Shown here in pieces: positions 8,850 to 19,478 of a stretch of DNA of 32,000 nt. How positions within the stretch are numbered: position 1 is the first letter of the stretch; every line of letters starts with the position of its first letter. The DNA is taken from the NCBI RefSeq assembly GCF_001457615.1, contig NZ_LN831024.1, positions 1,200,001 to 1,232,000 on the forward strand, given 5' to 3'. The notes below the pieces were generated by a model. The model saw only the letters and a program-made list of their open reading frames with translations. It did no database searches and was not told the DNA's origin. Source of the DNA: Pseudomonas aeruginosa. GTDB taxonomy: Bacteria > Pseudomonadota > Gammaproteobacteria > Pseudomonadales > Pseudomonadaceae. Made by a program: the position numbers and the translations under genes.

Positions 8850-9770
8850 ATGAATATCAAGATCGGTACCATCAACTTCATGGGCATCCGCAACATCGCG
8901 TTTGCCGTCACCCTGATCCTGACCGTCATCGCCCTGGGCAGCTGGTTCACCAAGGGCATCAACTTCGGCCTCGACTTCACCGGCGGTACGCTGATCGAGC
9001 TGACCTACGAACAACCGGCCGATCTCGGCAAGGTGCGTGGTCAACTGGTCGGCGCCGGCTACGAGGACGCCGTGGTGCAGAGCTTCGGCGACGCCCGCGA
9101 CGTGCTGGTGCGGATGCCCAGCGAGGACCCGGAACTGGGCAAGAAGGTCGCTACCGCCTTGCAGCAGGCCGATGCCGGCAACCCGGCGAACCTGAAGCGG
9201 GTCGAGTACGTCGGCCCGCAGGTGGGTGAAGAACTGCGCGACCAGGGCGGCCTCGGCATGCTCCTGGCGCTGGGCGGCATCCTGCTGTACGTCGGCTTCC
9301 GCTTCCAGTGGAAGTTCGCCCTCGGTGCGATCCTCTCGCTGGTGCACGATGCGATCATCGTGATGGGCGTGCTGTCGTTCTTCCAGGTGACCTTCGACCT
9401 GACCGTCCTCGCCGCTGTGCTGGCGGTGGTCGGTTACTCGCTGAACGACACCATCGTGATCTTCGACCGGGTGCGCGAGAACTTCCGCGTGCTGCGCAAG
9501 GCCGATCTGGTCGAGAACCTGAACATCTCCACCAGCCAGACCCTGTTGCGTACCATCGCCACCTCGGTTTCCACGCTGCTGGCCATCGCCGCGCTGCTGT
9601 TCTTCGGCGGCGACAATCTGTTCGGTTTCTCCATCGCCCTGTTCGTCGGTGTAATGGCGGGTACCTACTCGTCGATCTACATCGCCAACGTGGTATTGAT
9701 CTGGCTGAACCTGACCAGCGAGGACCTGATCCCGCCGCAGGCCAAGGACACCGTCGACGATCGCCCCTGA
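8850..9770 (+). CDS. secF: Protein translocase subunit SecF
   Basis: MNIKIGTINFMGIRNIAF..., GLDFTGGTLIEL; start chosen at ATG 8850 after an AGGGGAC ribosome-binding site rather than the track's 8814. Confidence 0.97.
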   Translation: MNIKIGTINFMGIRNIAFAVTLILTVIALGSWFTKGINFGLDFTGGTLIELTYEQPADLGKVRGQLVGAGYEDAVVQSFGDARDVLVRMPSEDPELGKKVATALQQADAGNPANLKRVEYVGPQVGEELRDQGGLGMLLALGGILLYVGFRFQWKFALGAILSLVHDAIIVMGVLSFFQVTFDLTVLAAVLAVVGYSLNDTIVIFDRVRENFRVLRKADLVENLNISTSQTLLRTIATSVSTLLAIAALLFFGGDNLFGFSIALFVGVMAGTYSSIYIANVVLIWLNLTSEDLIPPQAKDTVDDRP

Positions 9771-9953
9771 GGCGCTCTGGTTCGGCACTCCGGCGCCTGC
9801 CGGTCACTCGAGGACTCCCGCTTTTGGCGGGAGTTTTCGTATCTGCGCCAACGAAACGTTTGTCGGGAGCCTGGAACTTGGTGGTTTTTGCCCAGTCCTA
9901 GGCAAGGCAAAGGGCGAACATAGCCCGCATTGGATGAAAGCCAGGAGGTACAT

Positions 9954-10502
9954 GTGAACAAGTCGATGCTCGTCGGGGCCGTTCTGGGTGCCGTAGGCGT
10001 GACCGCAGGTGGCGCGGTAGCCACCTATAGCCTGGTGGATCGCGGTCCCGACTACGCCGAGGTCGTCGCTGTCCAGCCGGTCAAGGAAACCATCAAGACG
10101 CCGCGCCAGGTCTGCAAGGACGTGGCCGTGACCCGCCAGCGTCCGGTCAAGGACCAGCACCAGATCGCCGGTACCGCCATCGGTGCGGTGGTCGGCGGCT
10201 TGCTGGGCAACCAGATCGGCGGCGGTACCGGCAAGAAGATCGCCACCGTGGCCGGCGCCGTCGGCGGCGGCTACGCCGGCAACAAGGTGCAGGAAGGCAT
10301 GCAGGAGCGTGACACCTACACCACCACCGAAACCCGCTGCAGCACCGTGCACGACAGCAGCGAGAAGGTCGTCGGCTATGACGTGAAGTACATGCTCGAC
10401 GGCAAGGCCGGGCAGATCCGCATGGAGCGCGATCCGGGCAGCCAGATCCCGGTCGACAAGAATGGCCGGCTGATCCTCAGCCAGGGCGAAACGCTGCGCT
10501 GA
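9954..10502 (+). CDS. Glycine-zipper 2TM domain (SlyB/Rick-17kDa-like) protein
   Basis: GTG start after AGGAGG; IAGTAIGAVVGGLLGNQIGGGTGKKIATVAGAVGGGYAGNKVQE. Confidence 0.8.
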   Translation: MNKSMLVGAVLGAVGVTAGGAVATYSLVDRGPDYAEVVAVQPVKETIKTPRQVCKDVAVTRQRPVKDQHQIAGTAIGAVVGGLLGNQIGGGTGKKIATVAGAVGGGYAGNKVQEGMQERDTYTTTETRCSTVHDSSEKVVGYDVKYMLDGKAGQIRMERDPGSQIPVDKNGRLILSQGETLR

Positions 10503-10520
10503 GCCTGACTGTCGCAATGA

Positions 10521-10556
10521 TGCACAAGGGCGCCCGCGGGCGCCCTTGTGCATTTT
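10521..10556 (+). terminator. Perfect 15-bp-stem hairpin terminator
   Basis: TGCACAAGGGCGCCC-GC-GGGCGCCCTTGTGCA then TTTT. Confidence 0.8.
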
Positions 10557-10564
10557 CATGGAGA

Positions 10565-10592
10565 TGAAAAACCCGGCGCCAGGCCGGGTTCT
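10565..10592 (-). terminator. suhB terminator
   Basis: Minus strand AACCCGGC...GCCGGGTT followed by a T-run. Confidence 0.7.
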
Positions 10593-10606
10593 TCGTCAGC
10601 GGCGGA

Positions 10607-11422
10607 TCAGCGCTTCAGCGACGGCGGCAGGTGCGGCTGGATGGTGGTCAGCAGTGCCTTGAAGCATTTGGTGTTGCCGGCGACGATGTGACCCTTCTCG
10701 AGGAATTCGTGGCTGCCGGTGAAGTCGCTCACCAGGCCGCCGGCTTCCTGTACCAGCAGGGCGCCTGCCGCCATGTCCCATTCGGACAGGCCGAATTCCC
10801 AGAAGGCGTCGTAGCGTCCGGCGGCGACGTAGGCCAGGTCCAGACTGGCGGCGCCGGCGCGGCGGATGCCGGCGGTCTGGCCGACCAGGCTGCGGAACAT
10901 GTTCAGGTAGTTGTCGAGATTGTCGATCTGGTTGTCGCGGAACGGGAACCCGGTGCCGAGCAGGGCGCCTTCCAGGCTCTTGCGGCCGCTGACGCGCAGG
11001 CGGCGACCGTTGAGGGCGGCGCCGCGACCGCGGCTGGCGGTGAATTCTTCCTGGCGTACCGGGTCGAGGACCACGGCGTGCTCCAGGCGGCCCTTGTACT
11101 TGCAGGCGATGCTCACGGCGAAGTGCGGTACGCCATGGATGAAGTTGGTGGTGCCGTCCAGCGGATCGATCACCCAGAGGTAATCGGCACCCTCGCCGCT
11201 GCCTTCGATGAAGCCGCCTTCCTCGCCCATGATCGCGTGAGTCGGATAGGCCTTGCGCAGCGCGGCGACGATGGTCTGCTCGGCGGCGCGATCGACTTCG
11301 GTCACGTAGTCCTTGGCATCCTTCTCGTTGACCGAGATGACATCCAGGCGTTCGATGGAGCGGAAAATCAGTTCACCGGCGCTGCGAGCGGCGCGCAGGG
11401 CGATATTCAGCATAGGCTGCAT
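10607..11422 (-). CDS. suhB: Inositol monophosphatase family protein SuhB
   Basis: MQPMLNIALRAARSAGELI..., MGEEGG, WVIDPLDGTTNF; 271 aa from ATG at 11422. Confidence 0.96.
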   Translation of the reverse strand: MQPMLNIALRAARSAGELIFRSIERLDVISVNEKDAKDYVTEVDRAAEQTIVAALRKAYPTHAIMGEEGGFIEGSGEGADYLWVIDPLDGTTNFIHGVPHFAVSIACKYKGRLEHAVVLDPVRQEEFTASRGRGAALNGRRLRVSGRKSLEGALLGTGFPFRDNQIDNLDNYLNMFRSLVGQTAGIRRAGAASLDLAYVAAGRYDAFWEFGLSEWDMAAGALLVQEAGGLVSDFTGSHEFLEKGHIVAGNTKCFKALLTTIQPHLPPSLKR

Positions 11423-11573
11423 GGAGAGGTCACCTGGGTCGTTAAAGAAAGCCGGCCATTCTAGCAGAAACCGATGGCGTTTGAAGGGCGACCTGTCGGC
11501 CGCATGGTATAAAGCTGACCTCTGCTGTAGGATTTCACACCCTTCAGTAACTTGGCGTTGGAGAGCATCGGCG

Positions 11574-12347
11574 TTGCTCGACCGTATTCGTGTGGTGTTG
11601 GTCAACACCAGTCATCCCGGCAACATCGGCGGGGCGGCCCGTGCCATGAAGAACATGGGCCTGTCGCAACTGGTGCTGGTGCAGCCGGAAAGCTTTCCCC
11701 ACGGCGACGCGGTGGCGCGGGCTTCCGGCGCCACCGACATCCTCGACGCCGCAAGGGTGGTGGACACCCTGGAAGAGGCCCTGAGCGGCTGCAGCGTGGT
11801 GCTCGGCACCAGCGCCCGCGACCGGCGGATTCCCTGGCCGCTGCTGGATCCGCGCGAGTGCGCGACGACCTGCCTGGAGCACCTGGAGGCGAATGGCGAG
11901 GTGGCCCTGGTATTCGGGCGCGAATATGCGGGTTTGACCAACGAAGAATTGCAGCGCTGCCAGTTCCATGTGCATATCCCCTCCGATCCCGAGTTCGGCT
12001 CGCTGAACCTGGCGGCCGCGGTCCAGGTGCTCACCTACGAGGTGCGCATGGCGTGGCTGGCGGCCCAGGGCAAGCCGACCAAGATGGAAAAGTTCGAGTC
12101 CACCTCGATGCTCAACACCGAGCTGGTGACGGCCGACGAGCTGGAACTCTATTACGCGCATCTGGAGAGGACGCTGATCGATATCGGCTTCCTCGATCCG
12201 GAGAAGCCGCGCCACCTGATGTCGCGGTTGCGGCGCCTGTATGGGCGCAGCGCGATCAGCAAGCTGGAAATGAATATCCTGCGCGGGATCCTGACCGAAA
12301 CCCAGAAGGTGGCCCGAGGCCTGTCCTACAAGCGGAGTGACGACTGA
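11574..12347 (+). CDS. trmJ: tRNA (cytidine/uridine-2'-O-)-methyltransferase TrmJ
   Basis: SpoU-type: [43 protein letters not shown]; probable TTG start giving 257 aa. Confidence 0.93.
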   Translation: MLDRIRVVLVNTSHPGNIGGAARAMKNMGLSQLVLVQPESFPHGDAVARASGATDILDAARVVDTLEEALSGCSVVLGTSARDRRIPWPLLDPRECATTCLEHLEANGEVALVFGREYAGLTNEELQRCQFHVHIPSDPEFGSLNLAAAVQVLTYEVRMAWLAAQGKPTKMEKFESTSMLNTELVTADELELYYAHLERTLIDIGFLDPEKPRHLMSRLRRLYGRSAISKLEMNILRGILTETQKVARGLSYKRSDD

Positions 12348-13123
12348 TGTTCGAACGTGTGCGTGAAGATATCCAAAGCGTATTCCACCGTGATCCGGCG
12401 GCTCGCAACGCACTCGAGGTCCTCACCTGTTATCCGGGCCTGCACGCCGTCTGGCTGCATCGGCTGGCCCACGGCTTGTGGACGTCCGGCTGGAAGTGGC
12501 TGGCGCGCCTGGTGTCCAATTTCGGCCGCTGGATGACCGGCATCGAGATCCACCCGGGGGCCAGGATCGGCCGGCGCTTCTTCATCGACCACGGCATGGG
12601 CATCGTCATCGGCGAAACCGCCGAGATCGGCGACGACGTCACCCTCTATCAGGGCGTTACCCTGGGCGGCACCACCTGGAACAAGGGCAAGCGCCACCCC
12701 ACCCTCGGCAACAACGTAGTGGTCGGTGCCGGTGCCAAGGTGCTCGGCCCGTTCACCGTCGGCGAGGGCGCCAAGGTCGGCTCCAACGCCGTGGTGACCA
12801 AGGAAGTCCCGCCGGGTGCCACCGTGGTCGGCATTCCCGGGCGGATCATCATGCGCGAGGACTCCGAGCAGCAGGCCAAGCGCCAGGCGATGGCGGAGAA
12901 GCTCGGCTTCGATGCCTATGGGGTCAGCCAGGACATGCCGGACCCGGTGGCGCGTGCCATTGGTCAGTTGCTCGATCACCTGCAGGCCGTCGACGGCCGG
13001 CTCGAGGGCATGTGCCAGGCGCTCACCGCCCTGGGTAGCGACTACTGCGCGAAGGACCTGCCGGTGTTGCGCGAGGAAGATTTCGCCGGAGTCAAGGACG
13101 AGGACGGCAATCCGGCCGCGTAA
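12347..13123 (+). CDS. cysE: Serine O-acetyltransferase
   Basis: [26 protein letters not shown], left-handed beta-helix hexapeptides, [29 protein letters not shown]. Confidence 0.96.
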   Translation: MFERVREDIQSVFHRDPAARNALEVLTCYPGLHAVWLHRLAHGLWTSGWKWLARLVSNFGRWMTGIEIHPGARIGRRFFIDHGMGIVIGETAEIGDDVTLYQGVTLGGTTWNKGKRHPTLGNNVVVGAGAKVLGPFTVGEGAKVGSNAVVTKEVPPGATVVGIPGRIIMREDSEQQAKRQAMAEKLGFDAYGVSQDMPDPVARAIGQLLDHLQAVDGRLEGMCQALTALGSDYCAKDLPVLREEDFAGVKDEDGNPAA

Positions 13124-13196
13124 TGCGCGGCCGGCGGCTTTCTGCTAGCATGTAGCGCCCTGAATTTGCCTAATCCTGAGTAATTTGATCGGTCTT

Positions 13197-13221
13197 ATAG
13201 TTGACCTAATTACTCGGATAA
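13197..13221 (+). promoter_or_regulatory. Probable type-1 IscR binding site overlapping the isc promoter
   Basis: ATAGTTGACCTAATTACTCGGATAA resembles the type-1 IscR consensus; it overlaps -35 TTGACC with a possible -10 CATAAT at 13225-13230, about 38 bp upstream of iscR. Confidence 0.6.
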
Positions 13222-13267
13222 GAGCATAATCCGCGTCAACCCCGAATGATCCCGATGGGAAAAGCCC

Positions 13268-13759
13268 ATGCGTCTGACCACCAAAGGCCGCTACGCCGTA
13301 ACCGCCATGCTCGACCTGGCGCTGCATGCTCAGCAAGGTCCGGTCTCGCTGGCCGATATCTCCGAACGCCAAGGCATTTCCCTGTCCTATCTCGAACAGC
13401 TGTTCGCCAAGTTGCGCCGTGGCAACCTGGTGACCAGCGTGCGCGGCCCGGGCGGCGGCTACCAGCTGTCCCGCCATATGTCGGGCATCCATGTGGCGCA
13501 GGTGATCGACGCGGTCAACGAATCCGTCGACGCGACCCGCTGCCAAGGGCAGGGCGATTGCCACTCCGGCGATACCTGTCTGACCCACCACCTGTGGTGC
13601 GACCTCAGTTTGCAGATCCATGAGTTCCTCAGCGGCATCAGCCTGGCCGATCTGGTCAGCCGCCAGGAGGTCCAGGAGGTCGCGCTGCGCCAGGACGAAC
13701 GCCGTTGCTCAGGCAAGACGCCTCGTCTCGACAAGATTGAAGCGTCCGCCATCGACTGA
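13268..13759 (+). CDS. iscR: Rrf2-family Fe-S cluster regulator IscR
   Basis: [43 protein letters not shown] cluster-binding cysteines. Confidence 0.98.
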   Translation: MRLTTKGRYAVTAMLDLALHAQQGPVSLADISERQGISLSYLEQLFAKLRRGNLVTSVRGPGGGYQLSRHMSGIHVAQVIDAVNESVDATRCQGQGDCHSGDTCLTHHLWCDLSLQIHEFLSGISLADLVSRQEVQEVALRQDERRCSGKTPRLDKIEASAID

Positions 13760-13788
13760 GCAGGGCGCCAGCCTGTAGGAGTTACCTG

Positions 13789-15003
13789 ATGAAATTGCCG
13801 ATCTACCTCGATTACTCCGCGACCACTCCCGTCGATCCCCGCGTCGCCCAGAAAATGAGCGAATGCCTGCTGATGGACGGCAACTTCGGCAACCCGGCTT
13901 CGCGTTCCCACGTGTTCGGCTGGAAAGCCGAAGAAGCCGTGGAGAACGCCCGTCGCCAGGTGGCCGAGCTGGTCAACGCCGATCCCCGCGAGATCGTCTG
14001 GACCTCCGGCGCCACCGAGTCCGACAACCTGGCGATCAAGGGCGTCGCGCACTTCTACTCGGGCAAGGGCAAGCACATCATCACCTCGAAGATCGAGCAC
14101 AAGGCGGTCCTCGACACCTGTCGCCAGCTGGAGCGCGAAGGTTTCGAAGTGACCTACCTGGAGCCGGGCGAAGATGGCCTGATCACTCCGGCTCTGGTCG
14201 AGGCGGCGCTGCGTGACGACACCATCCTGGTCTCGGTCATGCACGTGAACAACGAGATCGGCACCGTCAACGACATCGCCGCCATCGGCGAGCTGACCCG
14301 CTCCCGCGGCGTGCTGTTCCACGTCGACGCCGCACAGTCGACCGGCAAGGTCGAGATCGACCTGGACAAGCTCAAGGTCGACCTGATGTCCTTCTCCGCG
14401 CACAAGACCTACGGCCCGAAAGGCATTGGCGCGCTCTACGTCCGGCGCAAGCCGCGCGTCCGCATCGAGGGTCAGATGCACGGTGGCGGCCATGAGCGCG
14501 GCATGCGTTCCGGCACCCTGGCCACCCACCAGATCGTCGGCATGGGCGAGGCGTTCCGCATCGCCAAGGAAGAAATGGCCCAGGAGAACGCCCGCGTGCT
14601 GGCGCTCCGCGACCGCTTCTTCGCGCAGATCGACGGCCTGGAAGAGCTCTACATCAACGGCAGCATGACCTCCCGCGTCCCGCACAACCTCAACGTCAGC
14701 TTCAACTACGTCGAGGGCGAGTCGCTGATCATGGCGCTCAAGGACCTCGCGGTCTCCTCCGGTTCGGCCTGTACCTCGGCGTCCCTGGAACCGTCCTACG
14801 TATTGCGCGCCCTGGGCCGCAACGACGAACTGGCGCATAGCTCCATCCGCTTCACCTTCGGTCGCTTCACCACCGAGGAAGAGATCGACTATGCCGCGAA
14901 GAAGGTGGTCGAGGCCGTTTCCAAGCTGCGCGAACTGTCGCCGCTGTGGGATATGTACAAAGAGGGCGTCGACCTGTCCCAGGTCGAATGGCAGGCGCAC
15001 TGA
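13789..15003 (+). CDS. iscS: Cysteine desulfurase IscS
   Basis: [56 protein letters not shown]. Confidence 0.98.
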   Translation: MKLPIYLDYSATTPVDPRVAQKMSECLLMDGNFGNPASRSHVFGWKAEEAVENARRQVAELVNADPREIVWTSGATESDNLAIKGVAHFYSGKGKHIITSKIEHKAVLDTCRQLEREGFEVTYLEPGEDGLITPALVEAALRDDTILVSVMHVNNEIGTVNDIAAIGELTRSRGVLFHVDAAQSTGKVEIDLDKLKVDLMSFSAHKTYGPKGIGALYVRRKPRVRIEGQMHGGGHERGMRSGTLATHQIVGMGEAFRIAKEEMAQENARVLALRDRFFAQIDGLEELYINGSMTSRVPHNLNVSFNYVEGESLIMALKDLAVSSGSACTSASLEPSYVLRALGRNDELAHSSIRFTFGRFTTEEEIDYAAKKVVEAVSKLRELSPLWDMYKEGVDLSQVEWQAH

Positions 15004-15038
15004 GCGCCTCGTGCCCCGGAAAAACGTGAGGATTAGCC

Positions 15039-15425
15039 ATGGCATATAGCGAAAAGGTCATCGACCACTACGAAAACCCGCGCAACGTCGGCAAGCTCGA
15101 CGCTGCCGATCCCAACGTCGGCACCGGCATGGTCGGCGCGCCGGCCTGCGGCGACGTGATGCGCCTGCAGATCAAGGTCAACGAGCAGGGCGTGATCGAA
15201 GACGCCAAGTTCAAGACCTACGGTTGCGGTTCCGCGATCGCCTCCAGCTCCCTCGCCACCGAGTGGATGAAGGGCAAGACCCTGGACGAGGCGGAAACCA
15301 TCAAGAACACCACCATCGCCGAAGAGCTGGCCCTGCCGCCGGTGAAGATCCACTGCTCCGTTCTCGCCGAAGACGCCATCAAGGCCGCCGTTCGCGACTA
15401 CAAGCAGAAGAAGGGTTTGCTCTAA
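15039..15425 (+). CDS. iscU: Fe-S cluster scaffold IscU
   Basis: MAYSEKVIDHYENPRNVG, GAPACGDVM, LPPVKIHCSVLAEDAI. Confidence 0.98.
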   Translation: MAYSEKVIDHYENPRNVGKLDAADPNVGTGMVGAPACGDVMRLQIKVNEQGVIEDAKFKTYGCGSAIASSSLATEWMKGKTLDEAETIKNTTIAEELALPPVKIHCSVLAEDAIKAAVRDYKQKKGLL

Positions 15426-15452
15426 GCCGCTCGTGACGAGTAAGGAGTTGCA

Positions 15453-15776
15453 ATGGCCATCAGCATGACCGAAGCCGCCGCCAAACACGTGCAGCGCTCC
15501 CTTGAGGGGCGCGGCAAGGGCGAGGGTATCCGTCTTGGCGTGCGCACCACTGGCTGTTCCGGGCTTGCCTATGTCCTCGAATTCGTCGATGAACTGGCGG
15601 CCGAGGACCTGGTCTTCGAGAGCCATGGCGTGAAGGTCATCATCGACCCGAAAAGCCTGGTCTATCTCGATGGCACCGAGCTGGACTTCACTCGCGAAGG
15701 GCTCAACGAAGGCTTCAAGTTCAACAATCCCAACGTTCGTGGCGAATGCGGCTGCGGCGAAAGCTTCAACGTCTGA
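15453..15776 (+). CDS. iscA: Iron-sulfur assembly protein IscA
   Basis: [16 protein letters not shown]...CGCGESFNV. Confidence 0.98.
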   Translation: MAISMTEAAAKHVQRSLEGRGKGEGIRLGVRTTGCSGLAYVLEFVDELAAEDLVFESHGVKVIIDPKSLVYLDGTELDFTREGLNEGFKFNNPNVRGECGCGESFNV

Positions 15777-15783
15777 GGCCAGC

Positions 15784-16305
15784 GTGGGTAAACCCTGTCA
15801 TTTCGCCCAGTTCGACCTGCAACCGGCTTTCCTGGTCGATCTCGACGAGCTCGGCCAGCGCTATCGCGAGTTGGTGCGCAGCGTCCATCCCGACCGTTTC
15901 GCCGACGCTCCCGAGCGCGAGCAGCGTCTCGCCCTGGAACGCGCGGCGCAACTGAACGAGGCCTACCAGACCCTGAAGAGCGCTCCGCGCCGGGCCCTGT
16001 ACCTGTTGACCCTGAGTGGTCACGAGTTGCCCTTGGAGGCTACGGTGCAGGATCCGGAGTTTCTCCTGCAGCAGATGCAGCTGCGCGAGGAACTGGAGGA
16101 GTTGCAGGACAGCGCCGACCTGGCCGGCGTGGCGACCTTCAAGCGTCGGCTCAAGGCCGCCCAGGCCGAGCTGGAGCGCGAGTTCGCCGCGTGCTGGGAC
16201 GATGCGCAGCGCCGCGAAGAAGCCGAACGCCTGGTCCGTCGCATGCAGTTCCTCGACAAGCTCGCGCAGGAAGTGCGCCAGCTGGAAGAGCGACTCGACG
16301 ATTAA
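15784..16305 (+). CDS. hscB: Co-chaperone HscB
   Basis: GTG start, [20 protein letters not shown]-domain with HPDRF, 173 aa. Confidence 0.96.
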
Positions 16306-16347
16306 TCCCTGCGGCCCCCGGGTCGCACCCCATAGTTAAGACAGAGC

Positions 16348-18207
16348 ATGGCCCTACTGCAGATCGCCGAGCCCGGTCAGAGTCCCAAGCCCCATGAACG
16401 TCGCCTGGCGGTTGGGATCGACCTGGGTACCACCAATTCGCTGGTCGCCGCGGTGCGTAGCGGCGTCGCCGAGCCCTTGCCGGATGCGCAGGGGCGCCTG
16501 ATCCTGCCTTCCGCGGTGCGTTATCACGCCGAGCGGGCGGAAGTGGGTGAGAGCGCCCGCGCGGCCGCCGCGAAGGATCCCTTCAATACCATCATTTCGG
16601 TCAAGCGTCTGATGGGACGCGGCCTGGAGGACGTCAAGCAACTGGGCGAGCAATTGCCCTACCGCTTCCGCCAGGGCGAGTCGCACATGCCCTTCATCGA
16701 GACCGTACAGGGGCTGAAGAGTCCTGTGGAAGTCTCGGCGGACATCCTGCGTGAGCTGCGCCAGCGCGCCGAAACCACCCTCGGTGGCGAGCTGGTGGGT
16801 GCGGTGATCACCGTGCCGGCCTATTTCGACGACGCCCAGCGCCAGGCTACCAAGGATGCCGCGCGCCTGGCCGGACTGAACGTCCTGCGCCTGCTCAATG
16901 AGCCGACCGCCGCCGCCGTGGCCTACGGCCTGGACAAGGGCGCGGAAGGCCTGGTGGCCATCTATGACCTGGGTGGCGGAACCTTCGACATTTCCATCCT
17001 GCGCCTGACCCGCGGTGTCTTCGAAGTCCTGGCCACCGGCGGCGATACGGCCCTGGGCGGCGACGACTTCGACCATGCCATCGCTGGCTGGGTGATCGAG
17101 CAGGCTGGCCTTTCTGCCGATCTGGACCCGGGCAGCCAGCGGCAGTTGCTGCAAATCGCCTGTGCGGCCAAGGAGCGTCTTACCGACGAGGCGTCGGTCC
17201 GGGTCGCCTACGGCGACTGGAGCGGCGAGCTGAGCCGGGCGACGCTCGACGAGTTGATCGAGCCGTTCGTCGCTCGCAGCCTGAAGTCCTGTCGCCGAGC
17301 GGTGCGCGACTCCGGTGTCGATCTGGAAGAAATCCGCTCGGTGGTGATGGTCGGTGGCTCGACCCGCGTGCCCCGTGTGCGCACGGCGGTTGGCGAGTTG
17401 TTCGGCTGCGAGCCGCTGACCGATATCGATCCGGACCAGGTGGTCGCCATCGGCGCGGCCATCCAGGCCGATGCTCTGGCCGGCAACAAGCGCGGCGAGG
17501 AATTGCTGCTGCTGGACGTCATTCCGCTGTCGCTCGGCCTGGAAACCATGGGCGGGCTGATGGAGAAGGTGATTCCGCGCAATACCACCATCCCGGTGGC
17601 GCGCGCCCAGGAGTTCACCACCTACAAGGACGGCCAGACGGCCATGATGATCCACGTGCTGCAGGGCGAGCGCGAGCTGGTGAAGGATTGTCGTTCGCTG
17701 GCGCGCTTCGAGCTGCGCGGCATTCCGCCGATGGTGGCGGGTGCGGCGAAAATCCGGGTGACCTTCCAGGTCGACGCCGACGGCTTGCTCGGCGTGTCCG
17801 CACGCGAACTGAGTTCCGGCGTCGAGGCCAGCATCCAGGTCAAGCCGTCCTATGGGCTGACCGATGGCGAGATCGCGCGGATGCTCAAGGACTCCTTCGA
17901 CTACGCCGGCGACGACAAGGCTGCCCGCGCCCTGCGCGAACAGCAGGTCGAGGCGCAGCGGCTGCTGGAGGCCGTGCAGTCGGCGCTGGACGTCGACGGC
18001 GAGCGGCTCCTGGACGAAGAGGAGCGCCTGGCCATCGCGGTGCAGATGGACACCTTGCGTGAACTGGCCGGTGGTAGCGACACCGCGGCCATCGAGAACC
18101 AGATCAAGCGCCTGTCCCAGGTGACCGACGCTTTCGCCGCACGGCGGATGGACGCGACCGTCAAGGCCGCGCTCTCCGGCCGCCGGCTCAACGAAATCGA
18201 GGAATAA
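16348..18207 (+). CDS. hscA: Hsp70-family chaperone HscA
   Basis: [46 protein letters not shown]. Confidence 0.98.
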   Translation: MALLQIAEPGQSPKPHERRLAVGIDLGTTNSLVAAVRSGVAEPLPDAQGRLILPSAVRYHAERAEVGESARAAAAKDPFNTIISVKRLMGRGLEDVKQLGEQLPYRFRQGESHMPFIETVQGLKSPVEVSADILRELRQRAETTLGGELVGAVITVPAYFDDAQRQATKDAARLAGLNVLRLLNEPTAAAVAYGLDKGAEGLVAIYDLGGGTFDISILRLTRGVFEVLATGGDTALGGDDFDHAIAGWVIEQAGLSADLDPGSQRQLLQIACAAKERLTDEASVRVAYGDWSGELSRATLDELIEPFVARSLKSCRRAVRDSGVDLEEIRSVVMVGGSTRVPRVRTAVGELFGCEPLTDIDPDQVVAIGAAIQADALAGNKRGEELLLLDVIPLSLGLETMGGLMEKVIPRNTTIPVARAQEFTTYKDGQTAMMIHVLQGERELVKDCRSLARFELRGIPPMVAGAAKIRVTFQVDADGLLGVSARELSSGVEASIQVKPSYGLTDGEIARMLKDSFDYAGDDKAARALREQQVEAQRLLEAVQSALDVDGERLLDEEERLAIAVQMDTLRELAGGSDTAAIENQIKRLSQVTDAFAARRMDATVKAALSGRRLNEIEE

Positions 18208-18213
18208 GCGAAG

Positions 18214-18552
18214 ATGCCGCAGATCGTGATTCTGCCCCATGCCGACCACTGCCCCGAGGGGGCGGTATTCGAGGCGAAGCCCGGCGAAACCATCCTGGAT
18301 GCCGCGTTGCGCAATGGCATCGAGATCGAGCATGCCTGTGAGAAATCCTGCGCCTGCACGACCTGCCACGTAATCGTCCGCGAAGGCCTCGACTCCATGG
18401 AGCCGTCCGACGAACTCGAAGACGACATGCTGGACAAGGCCTGGGGCCTGGAGCCCGATTCGCGGCTATCCTGCCAGGCAGTGGTGGCCGACGAAGACCT
18501 GGTGGTCGAGATTCCCAAGTACACCATCAACCAGGTGTCGGAAGGCCACTGA
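18214..18552 (+). CDS. fdx: [2Fe-2S] ferredoxin of the isc operon
   Basis: PQIVILPHADHCPEG..., CEKSCACTTCHVIV. Confidence 0.97.
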   Translation: MPQIVILPHADHCPEGAVFEAKPGETILDAALRNGIEIEHACEKSCACTTCHVIVREGLDSMEPSDELEDDMLDKAWGLEPDSRLSCQAVVADEDLVVEIPKYTINQVSEGH

Positions 18553-18578
18553 GCCCGGCGGTAGTAGAGGAGCGTGCA

Positions 18579-18779
18579 ATGAGCCTGAAATGGACCGATG
18601 TGCTGGAAATCGCCATCCAGCTCGACGAAAGCAAGCCGGAGGTCGATCCGCGATACGTCAACTTCGTCGATCTGCGGCGCTGGGTGGTGGAACTTCCAGA
18701 GTTCTCCGACGATCCTCAGCGTAGCGGGGAGAAAGTCCTGGAGGCCATCCAGGCCGCCTGGATCGAGGAACGGGACTAG
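18579..18779 (+). CDS. iscX: Fe-S assembly protein IscX
   Basis: MSLKWTDVLEIAIQLDESKPEVDPRYVNFVDLRRWV. Confidence 0.97.
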   Translation: MSLKWTDVLEIAIQLDESKPEVDPRYVNFVDLRRWVVELPEFSDDPQRSGEKVLEAIQAAWIEERD

Positions 18780-18808
18780 CCATAGGCCCGCCCTACGCAT
18801 TTGCCGGG

Positions 18809-18838
18809 AACCCGCGTATAATTCGCGGGTTTTATTTT
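18809..18838 (+). terminator. Terminator at the end of the isc operon
   Basis: AACCCGCG-TATAATT-CGCGGGTT followed by TTATTTT. Confidence 0.75.
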
Positions 18839-19022
18839 AGGTAAGGCCTGAAATCGCCCGCGGGCGCATTCCAGGCTAGGCGCGCCGGGCCCGATGCCAG
18901 GCGCAGCCACGCTGATTCCGGCCCTTTCGGGCCGTTTTCGTCAGCGTCCTGAACGAATCACGGCGTCCCGCCCCGCTGGCGGGGCCGCCCATGCTAGACA
19001 ACCTTGTTTCGGAGTTTTACCA

Positions 19023-19454
19023 ATGGCACTGCAACGCACCCTGTCCATCATCAAGCCGGACGCCGTTTCCAAGAACGTGATCGGCGAAATCCTGACCCGC
19101 TTCGAGAAAGCCGGCCTGCGCGTCGTCGCCGCTAAAATGGTTCAGCTGTCCGAGCGTGAAGCCGGTGGCTTCTATGCCGAGCACAAAGAGCGTCCGTTCT
19201 TCAAGGACCTGGTTTCCTTCATGACTTCCGGTCCGGTTGTAGTCCAGGTCCTGGAAGGCGAGGACGCCATCGCCAAGAACCGCGAGCTGATGGGCGCCAC
19301 CGATCCGAAGAAAGCCGACGCCGGTACCATCCGCGCCGACTTCGCCGTCTCCATCGACGAGAACGCCGTCCACGGTTCCGATTCCGAAGCTTCCGCCGCT
19401 CGCGAGATCGCCTATTTCTTCGCGGCTACCGAAGTCTGCGAGCGCATTCGCTGA
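19023..19454 (+). CDS. ndk: Nucleoside diphosphate kinase
   Basis: [22 protein letters not shown]..., NAVHGSDS active-site His motif. Confidence 0.98.
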
Positions 19455-19478
19455 TCGAGCGTGGGTGAGGGTGAAACC

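Noticed and set aside
6689-8980. 763-aa minus-strand ORF opposite secD
   Set aside because: Antisense shadow ORF of a high-GC coding gene; no recognisable protein features.
13459-15045. 528-aa minus-strand ORF opposite iscR/iscS
   Set aside because: Shadow ORF opposite a conserved isc operon.
16354-18369. 671-aa minus-strand ORF opposite hscA
   Set aside because: Shadow ORF; sequence has the low-complexity H/D/Q/G composition typical of antisense high-GC frames.
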